A DNA stretch of 64,000 bases from an uncultured Armatimonadetes bacterium (GTDB taxonomy: Bacteria > Armatimonadota > UBA5829 > DTJY01). How positions within the stretch are numbered: the first letter of the stretch is position 1; each line of letters starts with the position of its first letter. The position numbers were made by a program, and so were the translations under genes. Below, piece by piece: positions 54,571 through 64,000 of this stretch. The notes under the pieces are model-generated. The model searched no databases. It was not told where the DNA came from and saw only the letters and a program-made list of their open reading frames with translations. The stretch lies in NCBI GenBank assembly GCA_963717145.1, contig OY970325.1, positions 32,001 to 96,000 of the forward strand, read 5' to 3'.

Positions 54571-54588
54571 GGTAGGGTTTTACCCCAT
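54571..54588 (+). promoter_or_regulatory. Palindromic operator copy 9, degenerate (GGTAGGGTTTTACCCCAT)
   Basis: Intact promoter-proximal half TACCCCATAGC; GAGACT at 54611 (22-bp gap); ATG at 54632. Confidence 0.6.
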
Positions 54589-54631
54589 AGCCAGGGACGG
54601 GCCTGGGGCGGAGACTGAGTAGGACGAAGCT

Positions 54632-56924
54632 ATGGAAGCTCCATCCGACATTCGTAAGATCGCATTTCTCGGCGATTACCTGCCGCGCAAATGCGGCATC
54701 GCCACGTTCACGTCCGACCTGCTTTCCGCCGTGGCGGCCGCGCACCCCGAGACCGAGTGCTTTGCGGTGCCGGTCAACGACCTCCAGGGCGGCTACGAGT
54801 ATCCGGCGGAGGTTCGCTTCGAGATCGAGGAGCAGGACCTGGCCTCCTATCAGCGGGCGGCGGATTTCCTCAACATCAGCCAACGCCGACATCGTCTGCG
54901 TGCAGCACGAGTTCGGGATTTACGGCGGGCCTGGCCGGCAGCCATCGTGCTGGCGCTGCTGCGCGAGTTGCGCATGCCGATCGTCACCACGCTGCACACG
55001 GTCCTGCGCGAGCCCAACGCCGACCAGCGGCGCGTGATGCAGGAATTGATCGCGCGCTCGACGCGGCTGGTGGTCATGGCGGAGCGCGGCCGCCAGATGC
55101 TGCAGGAGATTTACCAGGCGCCGCCGGCCAAGATCGATCGTCATCCCGCACGGCATTCCCGACATGCCGTTCGTCGATCCGAATTTCTACAAGGACCAGT
55201 TCGGCGTGGAAGGCCGGCTGGTGCTGCTCACCTTCGGCCTGCTCTCGCCCAACAAGGGCATCGAGCACGTGCTCAAGGCGCTGCCGGAGATCCTGGCCGA
55301 GTTCCCCAACGTCGTTTACATCGTGCTGGGCGCCACTCATCCCAACCTGGTGCGCGAGCACGGCGAGGCCTACCGCCTCAGCCTGGAGCGGCTGGCCAAG
55401 AAGAACAAGGTCCAGAAGCACGTCATCTTCTACAACCGCTTCGTCGAGCTCGAAGAGCTCAAGGAGTTCATCGGCGCGGCGGACCTTTACCTCACGCCCT
55501 ATCTGAACGAGGCGCAGATCACCTCGGGCACGCTGGCCTACGCCTTCGGCGCGGGCAAGGCGGTGATCTCGACGCCCTACTGGCACGCGGCGGAGTTGCT
55601 CGCGGAGGACCGCGGCGTGCTGGTGCCGTTCGGCGACTCCAAGGCGATCGCGCGGGAAGTCATCGGCCTGCTGCGCGACGAGACGCGCCGCCACGCCATG
55701 CGCAAGAACGCCTACAAGCTGGGCCGCGAGATGGTCTGGAGCAACGTGGCGCGGCTCTACATGCGCTCGTTCGAGCGCGCGCGCCGCGAGCGGGCGGTGC
55801 TTGTCGCGAAAGTCGTTTGCCGACGAAAACCCTGGACCAGCAGCCGCGCGCGCTGCCCGAGCTGAAGCTGGACCATCTGTCGCGGATGACCGACTCGACC
55901 GGCCTGTTCCAGCACGCCCTGTTCACCGTCCCGAATTTTTCCGAAGGCTACTGCACCGACGACAACGCCCGCGCCTTCATTCTCGCCGTGCTGCTGGACG
56001 AGATGGAGGAGGAACCGGAGAAGCGTGCGGACGCTGGCGACGACTTACGCGGCGTTCCTGCATCACGCGTTCGATCCCAAGACCCGAAGCGGTTCCACAA
56101 CCACCTGAGCTTCGACCGGCGCTGGCTCGATGAACAGGGCTCGGAGGATTCCCACGGCCGGGCGCTCTGGGCGTTGGGCGTGGGCGTGGGCCGCTCGCCC
56201 TACCGCAGTTTTCAGGTCATGTCCGGACAGGTCTTCGCCCAGGCGCTGCCGGCGGCGACCGACTTCACCTCGCCGCGCGCCTGGGCCTTCACCCTGCTGG
56301 GCATTCATGAGTACTTGCAGCGCCTGAGCGGAGATCGCCTCGCCCAGCAGATGCGCGAAATCGCTCACCGACGCGGCTCATGGAGCTGTTCGACCGGACG
56401 ACGCAGCCGGACTGGCCCTGGTTCGAAGACGTGCTGTCCTACGACAACGCCAAGCTCGCCCACGCCTTGATCCTGAGCGGGCGCGCGACGGGGCAGACGC
56501 CGGTGCTTTGAGCGCGGATTGCAGGCGCTGCGCTGGCTGGCCAAGGTGCAAACCGCCGAGAGCGGCGACTTCCGGCCCATCGGCAGCAACGGGTTCTTAC
56601 CCGCGCGGCGGCCCCCGCGCGAACTTCGATCAGCAGCCGATCGAGGCCCACTCGATGGTGTCCGCCTGCCTGGAGGCCTACCGCGCCACCTCGGATGCCT
56701 GGTGGTACGAGCAGGCCCAGCGCGCCTTCGACTGGTTTCTCGGCTGGAACGATCTCGGGCTGGAGCTGTATTCGCCCAGCACCGGCGGCTGCCGCGACGC
56801 CTTGCACGTGGATCGGGTCAACCAGAACCAGGGGGCCGAATCGACGCTCGCCTTCCTGCTCTCGCTGGCCGAAATGCAGCTCATGCAAAACGCCGTCACC
56901 GCCTTCAACCCGCCCGCTTCGTAA
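54632..56924 (+). CDS. GT4 glycosyltransferase fused to a six-hairpin glycosidase-like domain (frameshifted)
   Basis: YLPRKCGIATFT, QHEFGI, TFGLLSPNKG, QITSGTL, GYCTDDNARA, SEDSHGRALWALG, NQGAESTL. Confidence 0.88.
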
Positions 56925-56936
56925 GCCCTCCCAGCC

Positions 56937-58399
56937 ATGAAGACCGCCACCGTCCAGCGCACCCAGGTCATCCTGCATCCCGACCGCTCGCGCGTGCTGC
57001 TCCGGCCGTTTCTGCTCCCGAACGACCCGCGCGCCGCCAGAATCTGCGCCCAGGTCATGGCCCTTCCCGGAAGCCGAGGTCCACACGCTCTGGCAACAGG
57101 TGCAAGACGGAATTCGGCGAGCGCCACGCGAAGACCCGCGAGTTTCTCCAAGCCGACGATTCGAGCAGGTCCGCCCCTGCCTGCGCACCGACGAGAACCT
57201 CTCCGAAGAACGGCAGCTGCTTGCTCGGCGCGTATTTCACCCACGAGTATTCGCTGGAAGCCGCGGCGCTGTTCAATCCCTCGATCGTGCCGCACCCGGA
57301 CCAGTCGGACCTGCCGCCCGGCTCGCTGCGTTTCATCCTGAGCCTGCGGGCCACGGGCGAAGGGCACATCTCCTCGATCACTTTCCGCACCGGGTCTGCT
57401 GGATGCCCGCGGCAACATCACGATCAACGCGCCCACGCGCTACTGCCTCGAACCCGAGCAGGTGCCCAACGCCTCCTACGAGAAGAGCCTGTTCGAGCGC
57501 AAGCTTCAGGAACTTGGGCTGGTCGGGCGACTTCAGCCGGCAGGTGCTCCAGGACCTGGGAAGCTCCTTCACGCTGGACGAACTGCGCGCCAGCCTCAGT
57601 CGCGCGGCGGAACAGTTCCGCGCCCGCGACCAGGCAAACCGGCGCGGTGGCCCGGAAAATCCTGACGCTGGCCCAGTCCAATTACGAAGTGCAGTTCGCG
57701 CCCGACTCGCGCTTGTCCGAGCGCGTGCTCTTTCCGGTCACGCCCTCGCAGAGCAACGGCATCGAGGACGCCCGCTTTGTTCGCTTCCAGCACGACGACG
57801 GCACGCAGACCTATTACGCCACCTACACCGCCTACGACGGCAAGATGATCCTGCCGCAGTTCATCGAGACGCCGGACTTTCTGCATTTCAAGTTCATCAC
57901 GCTGAACGGGCCGGCGGTGCAGAACAAAGGCATGGCGCTCTTCCCGCGCAAGATCAACGGCCACTACGCGATGCTCAGCCGGCAGGACAACGAGAACATC
58001 TACATGATGTTCTCCGACCATCTGCACTTCTGGCACACCACGCAACTGCTCCTGAAGCCGACGTTTCCCTGGGAGTTCATCCAGTTGGGCAACTGCGGTT
58101 CGCCGATCGAGACCGAAGCCGGCTGGCTCGTGCTCAGCCACGGCGTCGGGCCGATGCGCAAGTATTGCATCGGCGCCTTCCTGCTCGACCGGGACGATCC
58201 GACCAAGGTCATCGGCCGCCTGCGCGAGCCGCTGATCAAGCCCAATGAAAATGAGCGCGAGGGTTACGTGCCCAATGTGGTCTACTCCTGCGGCAGCCTC
58301 CTGCACGGCCGGCAGCTCATCATCCCCTACGCCATGTCCGACTACGCCACCACCTTCGCCACGCTGTCGCTCGACGAGGTGCTGGCCGCGATGGAATAG
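56937..58399 (+). CDS. GH130-like (PH1107-related) glycosidase/phosphorylase (frameshifted)
   Basis: EYSLEAAALFNPS, LRATGEGHISS, NGIEDARFVRF, NKGMALFPRK and REGYVPNVVYSCG motifs. Confidence 0.88.
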
Positions 58400-58459
58400 A
58401 ACGACGGAGAACAGAAACAGCCAGCCAACCCTGGCCACGGTCACCAAGAATGTGCTGAT

Positions 58460-60153
58460 ATGAAAGCACTGCTGCTCTACCCGGAATTCTCCGGCCTGGG
58501 ATTCTGGAACTACAAGTCCGTCTGCCAACTGATGGGAGCCAAGTACCCCGCCTCGCCCCTGGGCCTCCTGACCATGGCCGCGCTCCTGCCCGCGGAGTGG
58601 GAGCTGCGCCTGCTCGACCTGAACACCGCGACCCTGGACGACGCCGACATCGACTGGGCCGATTTGGTGTTCATCGGAGGCATGCTGCCCCAGCAACCGC
58701 GATTCCTGCGGCTCATCGAGCGGGTTCACGCCCGGGGCAAGAAGGTGGTGGCGGGCGGGCCTGACCCAACCTCGCAGCCGGAGATTTACCGTTCGGCCGA
58801 TTACCTCGTCCTGGGCGAGGCGGAAAGCTCTCTGCCGCCATTCCTCGCCGACCTCGCGCGAGGCGCCCCGGGCGGCACCTATGAGTCCGCCGAAAAGCCG
58901 GATTTGGCCAAGACCCCCGTTCCCCGTTTCGATCTCCTGGAGCTCAAGAACTACCTCATGATCGGGGTTCAGTTCTCGCGGGGCTGCCCTTTCAACTGCG
59001 AGTTCTGCGACATCATCGAGCTCTACGGCCGAACGCCGCGGACGAAGACTCCCCAGCAGATCGTCGCCGAACTCGACGCCCTCTACCGGCTGGGGCACCG
59101 GGGCCACGTGGACTTCGTGGACGACAATTTCATCGGCCACAAGGCCAAGGCGAAGGAGATCCTCAGGGCGGTGAAGGACTGGTCCGAGGATCACGGGCAT
59201 CCCTTCTTCTTCTCCACGGAAGCCTCCATCAATCTCGCCGACGATGAAGAGCTGCTGGGCCTGATGCGGGACCTGGATTTCCGATACGTCTTCGTGGGCA
59301 TCGAATCGGCCGACAGCGAGGTGCTGCGGTCGATGCACAAGCAGCCGAATCTCACGCGGAACGTCGTCGAGGATCTGCACCGGATCTACCGCTACGGAAT
59401 GGTCGTGAACGGCGGTTTCATCCTGGGGTTCGATGGCGAGACGAGCGAGTCCGCCAGGAAGATGGTCGAAGTCATCGAACAGCGGCAAAATCGTCATGCC
59501 CATGATCGGCTTGCTGTTCGCCCTGCCCAACACCCAGTTGACCCGGAGGCTGAGGGAAGAGCACCGGCTGCTGGAAGACACGGGCCGGCTGAGCGAGGCC
59601 CGCGAGTCCACCGAGGTGGACCAGACGACGAGCGGCCTCAACTTCATCCCCCAGAGACCGGAGGCGGAGATTCTGGGGGATTTCCTCCACGTGCTGCAAG
59701 GCGGCCTATTCGACGAGGAACTACTTCGACCGGTGCTTGAGCCTGAGCCAGGCCCTCAGCATCCGCTATCGCTTCAAGCCTTCGTGGAGGCGAAAGGTCC
59801 GCTACGGCACGGCCTTTCTCAAGATCGTGGTCAAGCTGGGCCTGCCGTCCTTCCACCGCGTATTACTACTGGAGAAACCTCCTGGCGGTCCTGTTCACCC
59901 GGCCATCCGCCCTGGAGACCGTGGTCAACCTCATGGCGATGTACCTGCATTTCGGCCGGCAGACAGAGTTCGTCTCCGGCGTCATGGCCCGGAACATCCA
60001 GGTGCTGCACGCCGGCGCCGCGGGTGAGGCCCACATGCCAGGGGTCCAAGGCGGTGCGGACGGCGATCGAACGCAAAAACGGAAGCCAAAGACCGCCAGC
60101 CATCCTTGGCAGGAGCCATCCGTAGCCTTGACCGATCCAGGGACCTCCGCTTA
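58460..60153 (+). CDS. B12-binding radical SAM protein with DUF4070 (frameshifted; paralog of 35857-37339)
   Basis: [32 protein letters not shown] and GGFILGFD motifs; 3' end approximate. Confidence 0.88.
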
Positions 60154-60155
60154 GC

Positions 60156-62344
60156 GTGGCTGCCATGCCGCCCAGGTTAAGAGTGGAACACACGTGGATC
60201 ACCAACCTCATATTCTCTGCCGTCCTGGTCTTCACGCCTGGCGCGGCCTGGTTGAGCCTCGCCGCCCCGGGTCCCGGTGCGACGGAACCAAAGCAGGGAG
60301 CGACCGTTGTCAACTACGGCCGACCGTTCGAGCCGCTCACACGTCCGGCCCTCCTGGCGTTGCCGGCGGGCGCGATCGAGCCGCAGGGCTGGCTGCGGGA
60401 CTGGTGCCTGGATGGCCCGGGACGGATACACCGGGCACATGGATGAGTTTCATCCGGACTTCCGCAAAGCCTGGGCGGCCGATTACCGGATGACCGGGGA
60501 CCCGCTCTCCTACTGGGACAAGGGAGCGTGGCCTTACGAGGGCGGCGGATACTGGTTCGAGGGCCTGGTCAGGCTGGGCTATGCCCTGCATGATGATTTC
60601 CTGATCAACCAGGCAAGAGCCCGCCTGGGTGTGGTGGTCACCAACATGAACGAAAAGAGCATCGTGTTCATGTGGTGGCTCGACCGGAACAACCCCGATC
60701 ACGTGCAAGCGGCGGCCAAAGCCGCCGGGGGCGAGGCGCAGGAGTGGCCCCTCTGGGCCAATGGATTGCTGGGACGGGCGCTGGCCGCCTATTACGCGGC
60801 TTCCGGCGACCAGCGGATTCTGCGGGCCATGGAAATGGCCTACAGCGGGGACCCCAGCCTGGTGGGCAAAGGGTGGTCGATGTCGAATCCCTGGGCGGCG
60901 TTTGAAGCCTATACCTGGACCGGCAACCCCAAAATCAAGGCCGCGCTGACGGAGCTGTTTGGGAACAACCCGATTGCGGGGCCCAACAGGAGTATTGACC
61001 TCTATCATTCCTGGTACAACCGGATGCCGGATGAGACCATTCCCTGGTATCTGCAAGGCGATCATGGGGTGCACTTCAACGAGAGCGTCGCTCCGTGGGC
61101 CCTGGGTTATCTGTGGACGGGCAACCGCGCTTTTCTCCAAGGCAGCTTCCCGGTGGTATGAGATGGCGGAACGGGGTGACGATGGCATGCAACCCCACGG
61201 CGTGCCGGTCAGCGACGAGCACAACGGAGCGACCGGATCTTTGCGGGGCACCGAGACCTGCAATGTAGCCGGCTTTATGGCGGCTCAAATCGCGTTGATG
61301 CGGGTCGGTGGCAACGGGCGCCTGGCGGACCGGGTGGAAAGGGCGTTCTTTAATGCCGCGCCGGCGGTGGTGTCACGCGATTTCAAGGCGCACGTCTATC
61401 TGCAATCGCCCAACCGCATCAGCCGGAAGCTGCCCGGGGCCGGGCAGTTTTCCTACCGGGAGACGCACGGGCCGCTGTGCTGCACCGCCAGCCTGAACCG
61501 CATGCTGCCTTATTACGTGGGCCACATGTGGATGGCCACTTACGATAACGGATTGGCCGCCCTGCATTACGGGCCCTGCAAAGTCTCTGCCTGGGTCGCC
61601 GATCGGGTGCCGGCGACACTGACCTGCCAGACCGATTATCCCTTCAACGATTCCATCGATATCGCCGTGACCCCGGCCCGCCCGGCGGTGTTCCCGCTCT
61701 CCATCCGCATTCCCGGCTGGTGCGCAGCTCCTGAACTCAGGGTGAATGGGTCTCCCCGCAAAGTGGGGCCCGATGCCAACGGGTTCGTGCGTCTCGAACG
61801 GCTGTGGAAACCGGGCGACAACATCCACCTGCGTTTTCCCATGACCCCTCGCGTCAAGGTGGGCCACGACAACGACGCCCAGGACACGCCTTACGCCACG
61901 GTTTCCTACGGACCGCTCCTGTTTGCCTTGGGGATTCCGGACACGACGGACGCAAACACTCCAGACCCAGCCGTGTCCTGGAATTATGCGCTGGACGCGC
62001 CCGATGGCAAGACGCCAGCCAACCTGGCCATCGAGCGTCGGCCAATGCCAGCCCATTGGGACTGGCCGTTCGACTCGCCGCTCAAACTCAAGGCCCTGGC
62101 CCGTCGCTTCGACTGGAAACCTGAAACACGTGAGTCGCTTCCCATCGGCCGATCGATTTCGCAAGGAACGGCCTCAACCTTTCAATTCGCCAAGGTGAGG
62201 ACCCTGTTGCCGGCGGAACCGGTCGCCGGCGGCGGCGCTCCCGAGATGATTACTTTGATCCCCTACGGCTGCGCCAAGTTCCGCATTTCGATGTTCCCGA
62301 TCACGGAACGCGCCGGCCAAGCGTTCGCGTTGGAGAAACCGTAA
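60156..62344 (+). CDS. Secreted GH127-like glycoside hydrolase (frameshifted; start uncertain)
   Basis: IEPQGWL, WPYEGGGYW, HGVH, TETCNVAG, ERAFFNA, LCCTAS, TDYPF and LIPYGCAKFRISMFP. Confidence 0.82.
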
Positions 62345-62350
62345 CGCTGG

Positions 62351-62533
62351 TTGAACTCCGATGCCATTATCATGGGCGGGGGCGCCGCCGGCCTCTTCTG
62401 CGCTCGTGTGGCCGGCTTGCGCGGGCGGCGCGTTCTCGTGCTCGAACATCCGGCGCGGCTCAGAAACAAGATTCTCAGTTCCAGCGGCGGACGCTGCAAT
62501 TTCACCCCCCTCGGCGCCCCGGCCGCAAACTAG
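62351..62533 (+). pseudogene. Truncated HI0933/BaiN-family flavoprotein N-terminal fragment
   Basis: DAIIMGGGAAGLFCA...NKILSSSGGRCNFT then stop; no room for the rest of the gene. Confidence 0.75.
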
Positions 62534-62614
62534 GTCACCAGCGGCCATGCCGCGGGACCGCCAGTTTGGCCCGCGGGTCGGTCGGCGGGCAAGCAGGGGA
62601 GCCGCTCCCTGCCT

Positions 62615-63829
62615 TCACCCAAACCTCAAATAAATGGCCTTCAAATACTGGGCTTCAGGGAACGTCGCCGGGTGATCGGGGGGGTGGCCGGTCGTTTGCC
62701 ATTCGGTGAATGGTCGCGCGGTTTCGCGGGCGGCCTGACGCACCGCGCCGAAGAATTCCTCGCTCGAAACATGCGCGGAACATGACGCCGCCACCAGCAC
62801 GCCACCCGGGGCGAGCCAGCGGAGTGCGTCCGAGTTGAGTCGCTGGTAGGCGCCGAGGGCGCGGGCGCGCTCGGCTTCGCGTCTGGCCAGAGAGGGAGGA
62901 TCGAGCACGATCAGGTCGAACTGCCGCACCGGTTTTGCCGCCAGCCATTCCAGGGCGTTTGCCCGGACGCAATCATGGCGGCAGGCGGCCACGCCGGAAG
63001 CGGCTTGATTTAAAGCGAAATTGCGCCGGGCTCCCGCGAGCGCGTGCTCGCTGAGATCGAGATCGGTGACTGATTGCGCCCCGCCGCGTGCGGCGTATAG
63101 CGAAAACCCGCCGGAAAAACTGAAGGCGTTCAGCACGCGCCGGTTGCGCGCCAGCGACTCGACCCGCCGGCGGTTCTCGCGCTGATCGAGGAAAAAGCCG
63201 GTTTTCTGTCCCTGCAGCACGTCGGCTTCGAAGCGCAGGCCGGATTCGAGAAACGTCACCGGGCCGTCAGGCGTTTCCCCGAGCAGAAGCTGGCCGTCTT
63301 CGCGCTGACCCTGTTCTTTGGCGAGGGATTGAATGTTCCGGCTGAGCCGGAGAACGAGCCGCTGCGGATGCAGTGCGGCCCGAATCCAGTCTGCGACTTC
63401 ATCCAGGCGCGGCAACCATGCGGCGGTGTAAAGCTTCAGCACGAGGGTCCGATCGTAACGATCCAGGACGAGACCGGGCCACCCGTCGCTCTCGCCGTTG
63501 ATGCAGCGGCCGCCATTGGTTTGCGCGTCGAACAGTCCCTGCCGGCGCGCCAGCGCTTGCTGCAGCCGCCCCTGCCACCAGGTGGCGTCAATCGTGGCCG
63601 GTTTGCCCGTGTGCAGCACCCGGACGCGGATGGGTGACTCGGGGTCAAACAGACCGATGCCCAAGAATTTGTCGTTACGATCGAAAATGACCGCCAATTC
63701 GCCGAGTCGCCCGGCACGGTTTGCCTCGCGGATGCTGTCGCCATACAGCCACGGATGACCGGACCGGAGGATGGTTTCGGCGGTCGCGGTGACGCGCAGT
63801 CGCAATCGTGGCCTGGGCACAGGGTCCAT
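62615..63829 (-). CDS. RlmI-like class I SAM-dependent rRNA methyltransferase
   Basis: GHPWLY PUA-like start, [36 protein letters not shown] and YLK motifs. Confidence 0.88.
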   Translation of the reverse strand: MDPVPRPRLRLRVTATAETILRSGHPWLYGDSIREANRAGRLGELAVIFDRNDKFLGIGLFDPESPIRVRVLHTGKPATIDATWWQGRLQQALARRQGLFDAQTNGGRCINGESDGWPGLVLDRYDRTLVLKLYTAAWLPRLDEVADWIRAALHPQRLVLRLSRNIQSLAKEQGQREDGQLLLGETPDGPVTFLESGLRFEADVLQGQKTGFFLDQRENRRRVESLARNRRVLNAFSFSGGFSLYAARGGAQSVTDLDLSEHALAGARRNFALNQAASGVAACRHDCVRANALEWLAAKPVRQFDLIVLDPPSLARREAERARALGAYQRLNSDALRWLAPGGVLVAASCSAHVSSEEFFGAVRQAARETARPFTEWQTTGHPPDHPATFPEAQYLKAIYLRFG

Positions 63830-63907
63830 CTTGCGCCCAGCTTGCGCCAAGTCCCACGGGAGTTCAAACTTACTTGTCCTCCACCTGATTCCTAGAGGTG
63901 ACAGGTT

Positions 63908-63945
63908 TCGGGATTCGTTATCCTTCATCGGTCAGTGATCAGTAA
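63908..63945. repeat. 38-bp dispersed repeat (first copy at 43031-43068)
   Basis: 36/38 identity with 43031-43068. Confidence 0.85.
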
Positions 63946-64000
63946 ACGATGTTTGCGCGAATAGGCGGAGCGGCCGCGGCGCGCCCGGGGCTGAAAGCCC

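Noticed and set aside
31340-54588. The 18-bp palindromes as CRISPR repeats, terminators or integron attC sites
   Set aside because: They are spaced 0.4-10 kb apart, lack U-tracts, and no cas or integrase gene is present. The fixed distance to -10 hexamers fits an operator.

Overview
GC-rich bacterial DNA, most likely Verrucomicrobiota (inferred from gene families and repeat types; not provable here). It carries many 1-bp frameshifts that look like long-read consensus errors. The 1-30.8 kb part is mostly core and carbohydrate genes: a large PA14/lamin-tail surface protein, MFS, DUF1080, GT9, accA, an HD protein, YhcG, a GH127/146 cluster, an unusual glutamate-dehydrogenase-like/DHH-like fusion, uvrC, xseB, dxs and tRNA-Phe, with GTAG-type REP clusters between genes. 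Downstream of tRNA-Phe lies an accessory region built around a kaiA-less operon: cheBR, two PAS kinases, kaiC, kaiB, kaiB, a third PAS kinase and a NarL-family regulator. The main discovery is an 18-bp palindrome, ATGGGGT-N4-ACCCCAT, seen 9 times between 31.3 and 54.6 kb and not noticed elsewhere. It sits 22-23 bp upstream of a -10-like hexamer and defines a candidate Kai-linked regulon. The regulon includes the kai operon itself, B12 radical-SAM enzymes, a fatty-acid desaturase, a GT4/GH130 operon and small secreted proteins. Several of these promoters appear leaderless, and three start short uORFs ending Arg-Arg...Pro-stop that are coupled to the next gene by an ATGA overlap.
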